From Coriobacteriia bacterium (lineage in GTDB: Bacteria; Actinomycetota; Coriobacteriia; Anaerosomatales; Kmv31), in the NCBI GenBank assembly GCA_014859305.1, contig JACUUM010000002.1, positions 9,077-73,076 on the forward strand: 64,000 bases of DNA, written 5' to 3'. Under the pieces are notes generated by a model. The model worked only from the letters and a program-made list of their open reading frames with translations, had not been told where the DNA came from and did not search any database. Both the position numbers and the translations under genes were made by a program. Shown one piece after another: positions 45,687 through 53,498 of the stretch (its first letter is position 1; each line of letters starts with the position of its first letter).

Positions 45687-46346
45687 GTGTTCCATGCGTT
45701 CGCCGTCGCGGCGATCCTCGTCGCGCTGGCCGAGCTCGGCGACAAGACGCAGCTGCTCACCCTCGCACTGGCCGCGCGATACAGGACGTGGCAGGTCGTG
45801 ACCGGCGTCCTGTCGGCGATACTGGCGCTGCAGCTGATCGCCACGGCCGCCGGATCGCTCGTCGGCGAGCTGCTTCCCGGGTCGTGGCTCGCGGTGCTGA
45901 CCGGCGCGCTGTTCATCGGGTTCGGTATCTGGACGATCAGGGGCGACGGCGGCGCCGAGGAGATGGCCGCGGCGCGGGGGAGGTACGGCGTCGTCCTCAC
46001 CGTCACCGCGGCGTTCTTCATCGCCGAGCTCGGCGACAAGACGCAGGTCCTCACGATGGCGATAGCCGCCGACCCGGGCGCCGTCCTGCGCGCCTTCGGC
46101 ACCCTGGGGCCGGCGCTGGAGGGAGCGCTCGGGGGCCCGGGGGCGATCGGTGGGGCCGGTCGAACGGGGATGTTCGTCGGCGTGTAGCTGGGCTCGGCGC
46201 TGGGGATGGCGCTCGCGAACGGGATCGCGCTGCTGGCCGGCGCGCTGCTGGGCCGGCGCCTCCCCCGCCGGCTCATCGCGCGGGTCTCCGGCGCGGTCTT
46301 CATCGTGTTCGGGCTGCTCGCGCTGGCCTCCGCGCCGTTCCGGTAG
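45687..46346 (+). pseudogene. TMEM165/GDT1 (UPF0016) family cation transporter interrupted by an in-frame TAG
   Basis: GTG 45687 follows AAGGGG. There are two AELGDKTQ motifs. TAG at 46185-46187 sits in ...MFVGV*LGSALGMALANGIALLAG..., and the same frame continues with the conserved last helices to the TAG at 46344-46346. Confidence 0.7.
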
Positions 46347-46355
46347 GGCGGCGCC

Positions 46356-48068
46356 TCACGGGCGGCGCCGCAGCGCCACCATCGCCACGTCGTCGTGCAG
46401 CCTGCCGCCGGCGAAGTCCAGGATCGCGCCCAGCACGCCGTCCACGAGCGCCTGGGGCCCGCCGCCGTAGCATCCGCCCAGCACTCGCCGGAGCCGCCCC
46501 TGGCCGAAGAAGCGCCCTTCGCGCCTGACCTCGGTCACGCCGTCGGTGTACATCAGCAGCGTCTCGTGCTCGAGCCGCAGCGTCACCTCGGCGTAGCGTC
46601 CCTCGAACGCGCCGAGCACGGTCCCGGGCGGCATGTCGACGAAGCGCGCGCGCTCGCCGCACACGACCGGCTCCGGGTGACCCGCCGAGGACAGCCGGAC
46701 CTCACCGGAGCTGGGATCGACGACCGCGAACAGGGCGGTGACGAAGGTGCCCGGCTCGAACTGCCGGACCAGAGCGCGGTTCAGCCGCGACAGCACCTCC
46801 GCCGGCGAGGGATCGAGATAGGCGAGCGCGCGCGCGGCGCTGCGGGCGGTCTCGGTCATGCCGGCTGCCCTCAGCCCCTTGCCGGACACGTCGGCCACGA
46901 GCGCCGCGACGAGACCGCCGTCGAGCTCGAAGACGTCGTAGAAGTCCCCGCCGACGCGGTCGGCCTCGTGCGCCGGGCGGTACACGACGCCGAGGTCGAC
47001 GCCGGGCACCTCCGGCACCGGCCTCTGAAGCGCTCCGCGGAGCACCTCGGCGGCATGATGCTCCTCCTCGTACAGGCGCGCATTCGTCAGGGCGAGCGAG
47101 GCGGAAGCGGCCAGCCTCTCGGCGAACTCGACCACCGGCTCGGTGAACCCGACGGGCTCGCTGTGGTAGTGCAGCCCGAGCACCCCCACGACCTCCTCGC
47201 GCACGAAGAGCGGCACGCCGAGGATGCTCTTGATGCCGAAGGTCTCCAGCGCGGCCGCGACGCGCTCGTCGGCGGAGACGTCGTGGAAGACGACGGCGCT
47301 GCGCGTTTCGACGGCCATCTCCGCCACGGGGGTCTCCTCGGGGCTGAAGCGGCGGTCCTTGGCCACGGCGAGCAGCTTCTCGCTCACGTACGGGCTGCTC
47401 CACCCCTGCGGCGTCCGCAGCGCGACCGCGGACGACTCGCACCCGGCGGCGTCGGCCGCGGCGTCGACGAGGCGCTGCATGATCTCCTCGGCGTGCAGTG
47501 TCGAGTGGATGACGCCGTCCAGAGCCTCCAGGGCCTCGGCGAGCTGCTGGCGCCTGACGCGCTCGGTCACCTCCACCAGAGAGAACACGAGCCCGCGCAC
47601 GGTACCGTCCTCGGCCTTCAGCGGCGTCAGCGTCCAGTCCCAGTAGGTCACGCCCCGCCACGGCTGGTGTTCGTAGACGAACGGCTTGGCCTTGAACGCG
47701 ACCGGCTCGCCGGTGTCGCGCGCCTTCCGGAAGATCGCCTCGTTCTCCTCGTTCGGGAACAGCTCGAAGTGGTTCCTTCCGATGAGCTCCTCCTTGCTCA
47801 TCCGGGCGCCGCGGGCGTACGTGGAGTTGACCAGCACGAAGTTGAAGTCGGGGTCCAGGTAGACGAGACCGGCCTCGGGCATGTTCTCCATCATCGCGAC
47901 GAGGGTGTCGCGTTCCTCGGCCGGGCGCGAGCTCAGCTCACCGAGACCGCACCTGATCCAGCACGGCTCTTGGTGCCACACCGCATCGGGACGAGGCGAA
48001 CAGCGACGGGCGGCGGCATCGCCGGAGTCGTCGCCTGGGGATCTGAGCACGTGGTCGGACCGGTCCAT
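46356..48068 (-). CDS. PAS-GAF-PP2C (SpoIIE/RsbU-type) serine phosphatase
   Basis: The PAS domain is LVYLDPDFNFVLVNSTYAR...GRNHFELFP and a GAF-like middle follows. The C-terminus GGDFYDVF...LVADVSGKGLRAAG...LLMYTDGVTE is PPM/SpoIIE. The start is uncertain (ATG 48068 or 47894). Confidence 0.85.
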   Translation of the reverse strand: MDRSDHVLRSPGDDSGDAAARRCSPRPDAVWHQEPCWIRCGLGELSSRPAEERDTLVAMMENMPEAGLVYLDPDFNFVLVNSTYARGARMSKEELIGRNHFELFPNEENEAIFRKARDTGEPVAFKAKPFVYEHQPWRGVTYWDWTLTPLKAEDGTVRGLVFSLVEVTERVRRQQLAEALEALDGVIHSTLHAEEIMQRLVDAAADAAGCESSAVALRTPQGWSSPYVSEKLLAVAKDRRFSPEETPVAEMAVETRSAVVFHDVSADERVAAALETFGIKSILGVPLFVREEVVGVLGLHYHSEPVGFTEPVVEFAERLAASASLALTNARLYEEEHHAAEVLRGALQRPVPEVPGVDLGVVYRPAHEADRVGGDFYDVFELDGGLVAALVADVSGKGLRAAGMTETARSAARALAYLDPSPAEVLSRLNRALVRQFEPGTFVTALFAVVDPSSGEVRLSSAGHPEPVVCGERARFVDMPPGTVLGAFEGRYAEVTLRLEHETLLMYTDGVTEVRREGRFFGQGRLRRVLGGCYGGGPQALVDGVLGAILDFAGGRLHDDVAMVALRRRP

Positions 48069-48332
48069 GGCGCCGCCCTGCGGGAGGTGGACCTTTGTCG
48101 AGGATACCCGAACCGGCGGCTCCCGACACCGGCACGCGCGTCGCAGTCCCGCTCGGACCGATGGCTCGCGCGTTCCTGGCAGAGGCCGCCGGGAAGGGCT
48201 GGCCGACTTCCTCGAGCATGCGCTCGTGAAGCACTCCCACCCGTCGTCCCTCGCCCGACGTGCCATGCATGCTCCAAGCCCTCCAGGCAGAGGGGCCGGC
48301 CCGATGACGAGGCCGGCCCTTCATCATTCCTA

Positions 48333-48409
48333 TGGTGGCCAGGGACGGACTTGAACCGCCGACACGGGGATTTTCAGTCCCCTGCTCTACCAGACTGAGC
48401 TACCTGGCC
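48333..48409 (-). tRNA. tRNA-Phe: tRNA-Phe (anticodon GAA)
   Basis: The reverse complement is GGCCAGGTAGCTCAGTCTGGTAGAGCAGGGGACTGAAAATCCCCGTGTCGGCGGTTCAAGTCCGTCCCTGGCCACCA. It folds as a cloverleaf and CCA is encoded. Confidence 0.93.
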
Positions 48410-48425
48410 GTGCTGGTGCCGGGAC

Positions 48426-48455
48426 ATACTACTTTCCGCCGAGTCCCGAGGTCAA
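48426..48455 (-). promoter_or_regulatory. Promoter TTGACC-18-TAGTAT upstream of tRNA-Phe
   Basis: The minus strand reads gcTTGACCtcgggactcggcggaaagTAGTATgtcccggcaccagcac, followed by the tRNA. Confidence 0.45.
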
Positions 48456-48504
48456 GCACGCCGCGTACCACCCGCGCGGCGCCCGGCGGGGCGGCTGCGA
48501 CCCG

Positions 48505-49716
48505 TTACTGCGAGCCCCACCAGGCGGTGGTCAGCAGGTCGAAGTGGTCCATCGCGCGTTGCGCGATCGCCTTCCTGCTTCCGAAGGCGTAGGACTTCAG
48601 GAACGTGGGCTGACCGATCGAGTCGACGTAGCCGAGGACGCCGCCCGAGAGCCTGTCGGGGCCGGTGAGCAACACCGGGGCGCCGCGGAGCCCGCAGAAC
48701 ACCCCACCCGTCAGCGCGTCGGGGAAGACCACGCCCGAGGCGAGCCCGACCGAAGCCGGCTGCAGCGCGGCTAGCGCCGCGGGCGAGGCGGAGGTGCCCA
48801 CGCGCATGTCGGACCCGCCGGCGACCGCCCACCGGGCGAACGCGCGCGAGGTCTGGTACCGGTCCCTGCCGGAGACCCGCCTCACGCGGCGCGAACCTCC
48901 GAGCTTGCGCTCGACGTCGCGCTGCACGCTCTCGGAGACCGCCGGCGTGCCCCCGACGATCACCGCGTCGGTGATCCCGAGCCTGGCGAGCGCGCCGAGC
49001 ATAGCCGGGTGGGTCTTACGGTTCGGGGTCAGGAGCACCGGGGCGGCGTTGTACGCGGCCATCGGCGCGGCGGACAGCGCGTCGGGGAAGCCCTCCCCGC
49101 TGGCGACGAAGGCGCACCTCGGCATCTCCTCGCCCCGCGCGCGCAGCACGACACGCGCCTGCTCGGCCACGCGCGCGGCGGTCTCGTAGCGGTCGCGCCC
49201 GGCGACCCTGACCACCCTCACGCCCCGCAGCCTGCCCAGCGCCTGCGCGACCCCCGCCCCAACGGCGCTCGTGCCGCCGAGCACGTAGACGGTGGACGCG
49301 CCGAGCCGGCGGACCTCGGCGGAGACCGCCGAGGGCAGCGAGCGCGGGGCGGTGAGCAGCAGCGGTCCCCGGACGGCGCCTGCGAGCGTGCTGCCGGCCA
49401 GAGCGTCGGCGAAGCCCGTCCCGCTGGCGATCACGCACGCACCGCCCGCCAGCTCGCCGTCGGCGAAGCGTTCGCGGCTGACGCGCACCGCGGTGGCGTA
49501 CCGGTCCGCACCCTCGAGCCGCTGCGCCAGCCCGGACTTCACGCGCAGCGTGTAGCCTCCCGCCCCTCCGCCGAAACCGCCCGAAGGGCCGCCCCGGTAC
49601 GGCCGGATGCGCACGAAGTACGTGCCCGCGCCCCTGCCCGACGGGTCGAGCACGATGGCGCCCGAGGCTCCTCGGGAAGCGAACCAGGGCTCGTCATCGA
49701 AGCCCGCGCGGGCCAC
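48505..49716 (-). CDS. Cell-wall-binding protein with three CWB2 repeats and an N-terminal PPC-like domain (no in-frame signal peptide)
   Basis: A unit recurs three times: RYATAVRVS...IASGTGFADALAGSTLAG...PLLLT, RYETAARVA...VASGEGFPDALSAAPMAA...PVLLT and RYQTSRAF...LASGVVFPDALTGGVF...PVLLT. The N-terminus GTYFVRIRPY...YTLRV is PPC-like. Confidence 0.8.
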   Translation of the reverse strand: MARAGFDDEPWFASRGASGAIVLDPSGRGAGTYFVRIRPYRGGPSGGFGGGAGGYTLRVKSGLAQRLEGADRYATAVRVSRERFADGELAGGACVIASGTGFADALAGSTLAGAVRGPLLLTAPRSLPSAVSAEVRRLGASTVYVLGGTSAVGAGVAQALGRLRGVRVVRVAGRDRYETAARVAEQARVVLRARGEEMPRCAFVASGEGFPDALSAAPMAAYNAAPVLLTPNRKTHPAMLGALARLGITDAVIVGGTPAVSESVQRDVERKLGGSRRVRRVSGRDRYQTSRAFARWAVAGGSDMRVGTSASPAALAALQPASVGLASGVVFPDALTGGVFCGLRGAPVLLTGPDRLSGGVLGYVDSIGQPTFLKSYAFGSRKAIAQRAMDHFDLLTTAWWGSQ

Positions 49717-49846
49717 GGGGTCGGTGCGCGTCGGCCGCCGCGGCGCTCCCGGGGAGACCGCCGGCGGGAACGGCGAGCACTACTGCCAGCGCCGCTGCCA
49801 GCGCGGCGCGCCCCGACCCGAGGAGATGTCGTGTGACCGCTCTCAC
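49694..49846 (-). other. 50-codon ORF encoding a canonical signal peptide, out of frame with the CWB2 body (apparent 1-nt frameshift)
   Basis: From GTG 49846 it reads VRAVTRHLLGSGRAALAAALAVVLAVPAGGLPGSAAAADAHR... and stops at 49694. It overlaps the first 23 nt of the main ORF in the adjacent frame. Confidence 0.6.
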
Positions 49847-49847
49847 A
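49832..49847. promoter_or_regulatory. Perfect palindrome GTGTGA-N6-TCACAC (CRP/FNR-type core) overlapping the signal-peptide start codon
   Basis: The plus strand reads gTGTGAccgctcTCACAc. The GTG at 49846 lies inside the left arm on the gene strand. Confidence 0.4.
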
Positions 49848-50417
49848 CTTCTCTCTTCGGCGTCGCACGGCCGACACTGTAGGGCGGATGCCCCCTCAGT
49901 ACGCCGTGAGGTACCGCCCGGTCAGCCTCATCGGTGCTCCTCGGTCCCGTTGCGGGACATGGGAGGGCGGGCAGCGCGTTCCGCCTCCGTGGCGCTACTT
50001 GTCGGGCACGTGCAGCCGGCGGGCGGGCGGCAGGGCCACGTCCCAGTACGGCCGCCTCCTCGCGAAGGCGTCATCAGCGGCGTGGCGCTGCGCCTCGAGG
50101 ACGGCGGGCAGCAGCGCCCGCAGTCGCCTCAGTCGCCAGGGAGCCAGTCGGAGGACCCGCACGTCTCATCCCTTCGCTCGCAACCTGTGTGCGGTACGCA
50201 GCCGGCCGAGGAACACCGACGGTGCGCGTCAAGGGTTCGGAGGGGGGAGCAGAGGGCCGTCCCGACGAGGGCCGGGACGCGAGGTCGCCGCGGGGAGCGG
50301 CGCTCGATCGCGAGCGTACTGCCCATCAGCCTCCAGACAGGCGGCGTCCGGTACCGCCGCCGCCCCCATCCTACGCCTCGGCGGGCGCGACCGGAAGAGC
50401 GCGGAGACGATCCGCCG

Positions 50418-51065
50418 TCACGGACCCCGCGTGCCGCCCGCGAGGGCGGCGGCGACCTTGGAGAGGTCCTCGGCGAGTTCGGCGCGCATCCGGTGACGGT
50501 CCTCGCGCTCGGGTGCGCGCAGGATCGCCGAAGGGTGCCACGTGGCGAGCGCCCGCCGGCCGTCGAAGGCCGCCCACTCACCCCGGCTCCGCGTCATCCT
50601 GAACGAGCGGCCGAGGACCGCCTGCGCCGCCGTCGCGCCGAGCAGCACGACGACGTCGGGTTCCACCAGCTCGATCTCGGCGTCCAGCCACGGCCGGCAC
50701 GCGCGGACCTCGAGCATGGAGGGCTTGACGTGCATGCGTCTCGCGCCGCGCGGCACGTTCTTGAAGTGCTTCACCACGTTCGTGACCCACACGGAGGAGC
50801 GATCCAGGCCGGCCCGCTGCAGCGCCTCGTCGAGCTCCCGGCTCGCCGGTCCCACGAACGGCCGGCCCTCGACGTCCTCCTCGTCCCCGGGCTGCTCGCC
50901 GACGAGCATCACCGCTGCTCCGGGGTCGCCCTCGCCGAAGACCGTCCGCGTCGCGGCGAGGTACAGGTCGCAACCCTCGCAGCCCGCCGCGGCGGAGCGA
51001 AGCGAGACCAGGTCCCGGGACGCCGGAAAGAAGTCCAGAGCGCTGCGCGAGGGCGCCGGGCCCAT
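50418..51065 (-). CDS. Family 4 uracil-DNA glycosylase, UdgX-like
   Basis: ATG 51065 follows AGGAAGG. Motifs are GEQPGDEEDVEGRPFVGPAS, VKHFKNVPRGARRMHVKPS...ACRPWL and WHPSAILR. 215 aa. The track ORF is over-extended to 51716. Confidence 0.85.
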   Translation of the reverse strand: MGPAPSRSALDFFPASRDLVSLRSAAAGCEGCDLYLAATRTVFGEGDPGAAVMLVGEQPGDEEDVEGRPFVGPASRELDEALQRAGLDRSSVWVTNVVKHFKNVPRGARRMHVKPSMLEVRACRPWLDAEIELVEPDVVVLLGATAAQAVLGRSFRMTRSRGEWAAFDGRRALATWHPSAILRAPEREDRHRMRAELAEDLSKVAAALAGGTRGP

Positions 51066-51242
51066 CCGCCGCCTTCCTCTCACGCCGAGACCGGTCGCGC
51101 CCCCCGGCCGCGACCGGCCCCGGTCGGATCCGCTCCGCAGTCGCGGGCGCGCAGGCGCGGCGGCCGCCGAGAACGGGTCGTCCCCGAGATTCTCCCCCTT
51201 CCGGGCCCACCTCACGCGCCGGGGCCGGCGCGCTGCGCGCGG

Positions 51243-51262
51243 GCGGCCCCCCGGGGGGCCGC
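51243..51262. terminator. Perfect 20-bp G/C palindrome GCGGCCCCCCGGGGGGCCGC just downstream of the yaiI stop
   Basis: Read directly, 15 nt from the stop at 51277. No U-tract. Confidence 0.35.
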
Positions 51263-51276
51263 GCCCCGGAGTGGCT

Positions 51277-51735
51277 TCACTCCCCGAGCGCCTCGCGCAA
51301 CACCCGCTCCAGCGCGCCGCGGAAGCGTTCGCGGTCCTCGTCCTCGAAGGCGGCCGGCCCTCGGGTCCGCCCCCCCGCTCGCCGGTGCCTCTGCTCGGCG
51401 TGACGCACGGCCATCTCGGCGTCGATCGTGGCCGCCGAGAACACGCGGCCGCGCACGCTGATCGCCCGGGCTCCTCGGCCCAACACCATCGCGGCAACGC
51501 CGATGTCCTGCGTGACGACCACGTCCCCGGGAGCGAGACGCTCGATGATGGCGAAGTCGGCGGCGTCGCGTCCCGAGGGGACCTCGACCGCCTCCACGCC
51601 CGATCGGACCGTGTACCGGTCGAAGCACTGGGTGGCGTTGCCCACCAGAACCACCGGCACGTGGCGCGCGCGGGCCACCGCGATCGCCTCGCGCGTGACG
51701 GGACAGGCGTCGGCATCGACGAACAGCGTGGTCAT
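51277..51735 (-). CDS. YaiI/YqxD family protein (DUF188)
   Basis: MTTLFVDADACPVTREAIAVARARHVPVVLVGN...VVTQDIGVAAM is the DUF188 pattern. 152 aa. Confidence 0.88.
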   Translation of the reverse strand: MTTLFVDADACPVTREAIAVARARHVPVVLVGNATQCFDRYTVRSGVEAVEVPSGRDAADFAIIERLAPGDVVVTQDIGVAAMVLGRGARAISVRGRVFSAATIDAEMAVRHAEQRHRRAGGRTRGPAAFEDEDRERFRGALERVLREALGE

Positions 51736-51741
51736 GGGCAC

Positions 51742-51747
51742 ATCATA
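51742..51747 (-). promoter_or_regulatory. -10 box TATGAT 6 nt upstream of the yaiI ATG (leaderless arrangement)
   Basis: The minus strand reads gcgcTATATGATgtgcccATG, with no SD. Confidence 0.4.
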
Positions 51748-51862
51748 TAGCGCCGGGGGGCGGCCGGGTCGAGCAGGCGGGCCTTCGGCGAGGGCGGCCG
51801 GGAACGACCGAGAGAAAAGGCCGACCCGCGTGGACCCACGTGGATCGACCTGCATCTTCTTA

Positions 51863-51939
51863 TGGCGGGATGTACGGGACTCGAACCCGCGACCTCTGGC
51901 TTGACAGGCCAGCGCTCTAACCGACTGAGCTAACACCCC
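51863..51939 (-). tRNA. tRNA-Asp: tRNA-Asp (anticodon GUC)
   Basis: The reverse complement is GGGGTGTTAGCTCAGTCGGTTAGAGCGCTGGCCTGTCAAGCCAGAGGTCGCGGGTTCGAGTCCCGTACATCCCGCCA. It folds as a cloverleaf and CCA is encoded. Confidence 0.93.
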
Positions 51940-51979
51940 GTGCGACGGCCCCGAGCCCTGCTCGGGACACGGCAAACGG

Positions 51980-52008
51980 ATTCTAGCGAGGGCCGGGCCG
52001 GATGTCCA
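51980..52008 (-). promoter_or_regulatory. Promoter TGGACA-17-TAGAAT upstream of tRNA-Asp
   Basis: The minus strand reads gtgTGGACAtccggcccggccctcgcTAGAATccg, about 40 nt upstream of the tRNA 5' end. Confidence 0.5.
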
Positions 52009-52217
52009 CACGCTCGCGCCGGCTGTCGCCACCCGAGCCAGCGCCACTTCCACAGCGCCTCGCGCTGCCTCTGCCTCACGCCTTCCGCGGGATGGCGCAT
52101 CCCGTCGCCTCCGATCCCCATCCCCTCCCCTCGGCTCTATGCATCGGCAGGCGGCCCACGCCCCTCCAGCTCCTCGGCACACGTCCCGGTCCGGCGTGCG
52201 CGGGTCCCCGGACAGCC

Positions 52218-52754
52218 CTACGGCCGCAGCTTGCCGGCGACCTCGCGGGCCCACGCGCCGATCTCGTCCCAGTCGCGGGCGTCGCGCACGGGCAGGTTCC
52301 GCGTCGTCCGCCTCAGCAGTCGCGGGAACGCCTCCGGGCGCATCACGCCGGGGAAGGTCGCGAACGCCACGGGCTCGAGCCGGTCGCACCACCGGTGCAC
52401 GCGCTCCCGGCACTTGTCGGCGTAGTCCGCCGCGTTCGCGGCCTTCTCGGGATCGGCCGCCGTCTCCTCGTCGGGCGGCGCGAAGCTCGCGCCCACCGCG
52501 AAGACCGCCACGGGCTTGCCGCGCATCGCCGCTGCCCCGTCGGCCACGAACTTCTTCATACGCGGAGCCCAGCGGCCGATGCGGACCGGAGCGCCGAGCA
52601 CGTAGCCGTCATAGTCCGAGAAGCGCAGCCGGTCCCGCACGCTCCGCACGTCGGGCTCCAGGCCCTCCTCGAGCAGCACGCGCGCCACGGCCTCGGCGAC
52701 CTCGCGCGTCGCACCGCCCCGCGACTCGTAGGCCACGAGCACCCTTCCCGCCAT
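52218..52754 (-). CDS. Flavodoxin-like domain protein
   Basis: 178 aa. MAGRVLVAYESRGGATREVAEAVARVL...YDGYVLGAPV fits the flavodoxin_5 / HemG-like pattern. Confidence 0.75.
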   Translation of the reverse strand: MAGRVLVAYESRGGATREVAEAVARVLLEEGLEPDVRSVRDRLRFSDYDGYVLGAPVRIGRWAPRMKKFVADGAAAMRGKPVAVFAVGASFAPPDEETAADPEKAANAADYADKCRERVHRWCDRLEPVAFATFPGVMRPEAFPRLLRRTTRNLPVRDARDWDEIGAWAREVAGKLRP

Positions 52755-52769
52755 CGCTCCTGACGCCTC

Positions 52770-53477
52770 CTACTGCCCTGCCGCGGCCGCGGTGACGCCT
52801 GCGCCGACGACCACCCCGTCGCGCACGTGGATCGTGCGGTCGCAGGCCTCGGCGACCTCCGGGTTGTGCGTCACCAGCACCAGTGTCGTACCCGTCTCGC
52901 GATTCAGCTCGCGCAGCATCCCGACGATCTCCGCCGAGGTGGCCGTGTCCAGGTCGCCGGTGGGCTCGTCCCCCAGCACGATCGAGGGCGAGTTGGCCAG
53001 CGAGCGCGCGATCGCCACGCGCTGCTGCTGGCCGCCGGAGAGCTCGGTGGGCCGGTGGCGCATCCGGTCGCCGAGGCCCACGAGCGCGAGCAGCTCCTCG
53101 GCGCGCCCGGCAGCTGCCCGGCGCGACATCCCCGCGTACTCGCTCGCGATGGCCACGTTCTCGAGCGCGGTCAGGGTCGGTACCAGGTTGAAGCCCTGGA
53201 AGATGAAGCCGATCTCGTCCCGGCGCACCTTGGTCAGCGCGGAACCGCGCAGGCCGTCCACCCGCCTCCCGTTGACCCACACCTCGCCGGCGTCGCTCTC
53301 GTCGAGGCAGCCGACGACGTGCATCAACGTGGACTTGCCCGACCCCGACGGTCCCATGATCGCGACCATCTCGCCGCCGGCGACATCCAGGCTCGCGCCG
53401 CGCAGCGCCTCAACGAAGTTGCCCTTGCCGAGCCTGTAGCGCTTCCTCACGTCCACGCACTTGATGACCGTGTCCAT
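52770..53477 (-). CDS. ABC transporter ATP-binding protein (MacB/LolD type)
   Basis: Walker A is GPSGSGKST, the signature is LSGGQQQRVAIAR, and Walker B is ILGDEPTGDLD. Confidence 0.93.
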   Translation of the reverse strand: MDTVIKCVDVRKRYRLGKGNFVEALRGASLDVAGGEMVAIMGPSGSGKSTLMHVVGCLDESDAGEVWVNGRRVDGLRGSALTKVRRDEIGFIFQGFNLVPTLTALENVAIASEYAGMSRRAAAGRAEELLALVGLGDRMRHRPTELSGGQQQRVAIARSLANSPSIVLGDEPTGDLDTATSAEIVGMLRELNRETGTTLVLVTHNPEVAEACDRTIHVRDGVVVGAGVTAAAAGQ

Positions 53478-53498
53478 CTCGTCCTCCTGTCGCCTGCG

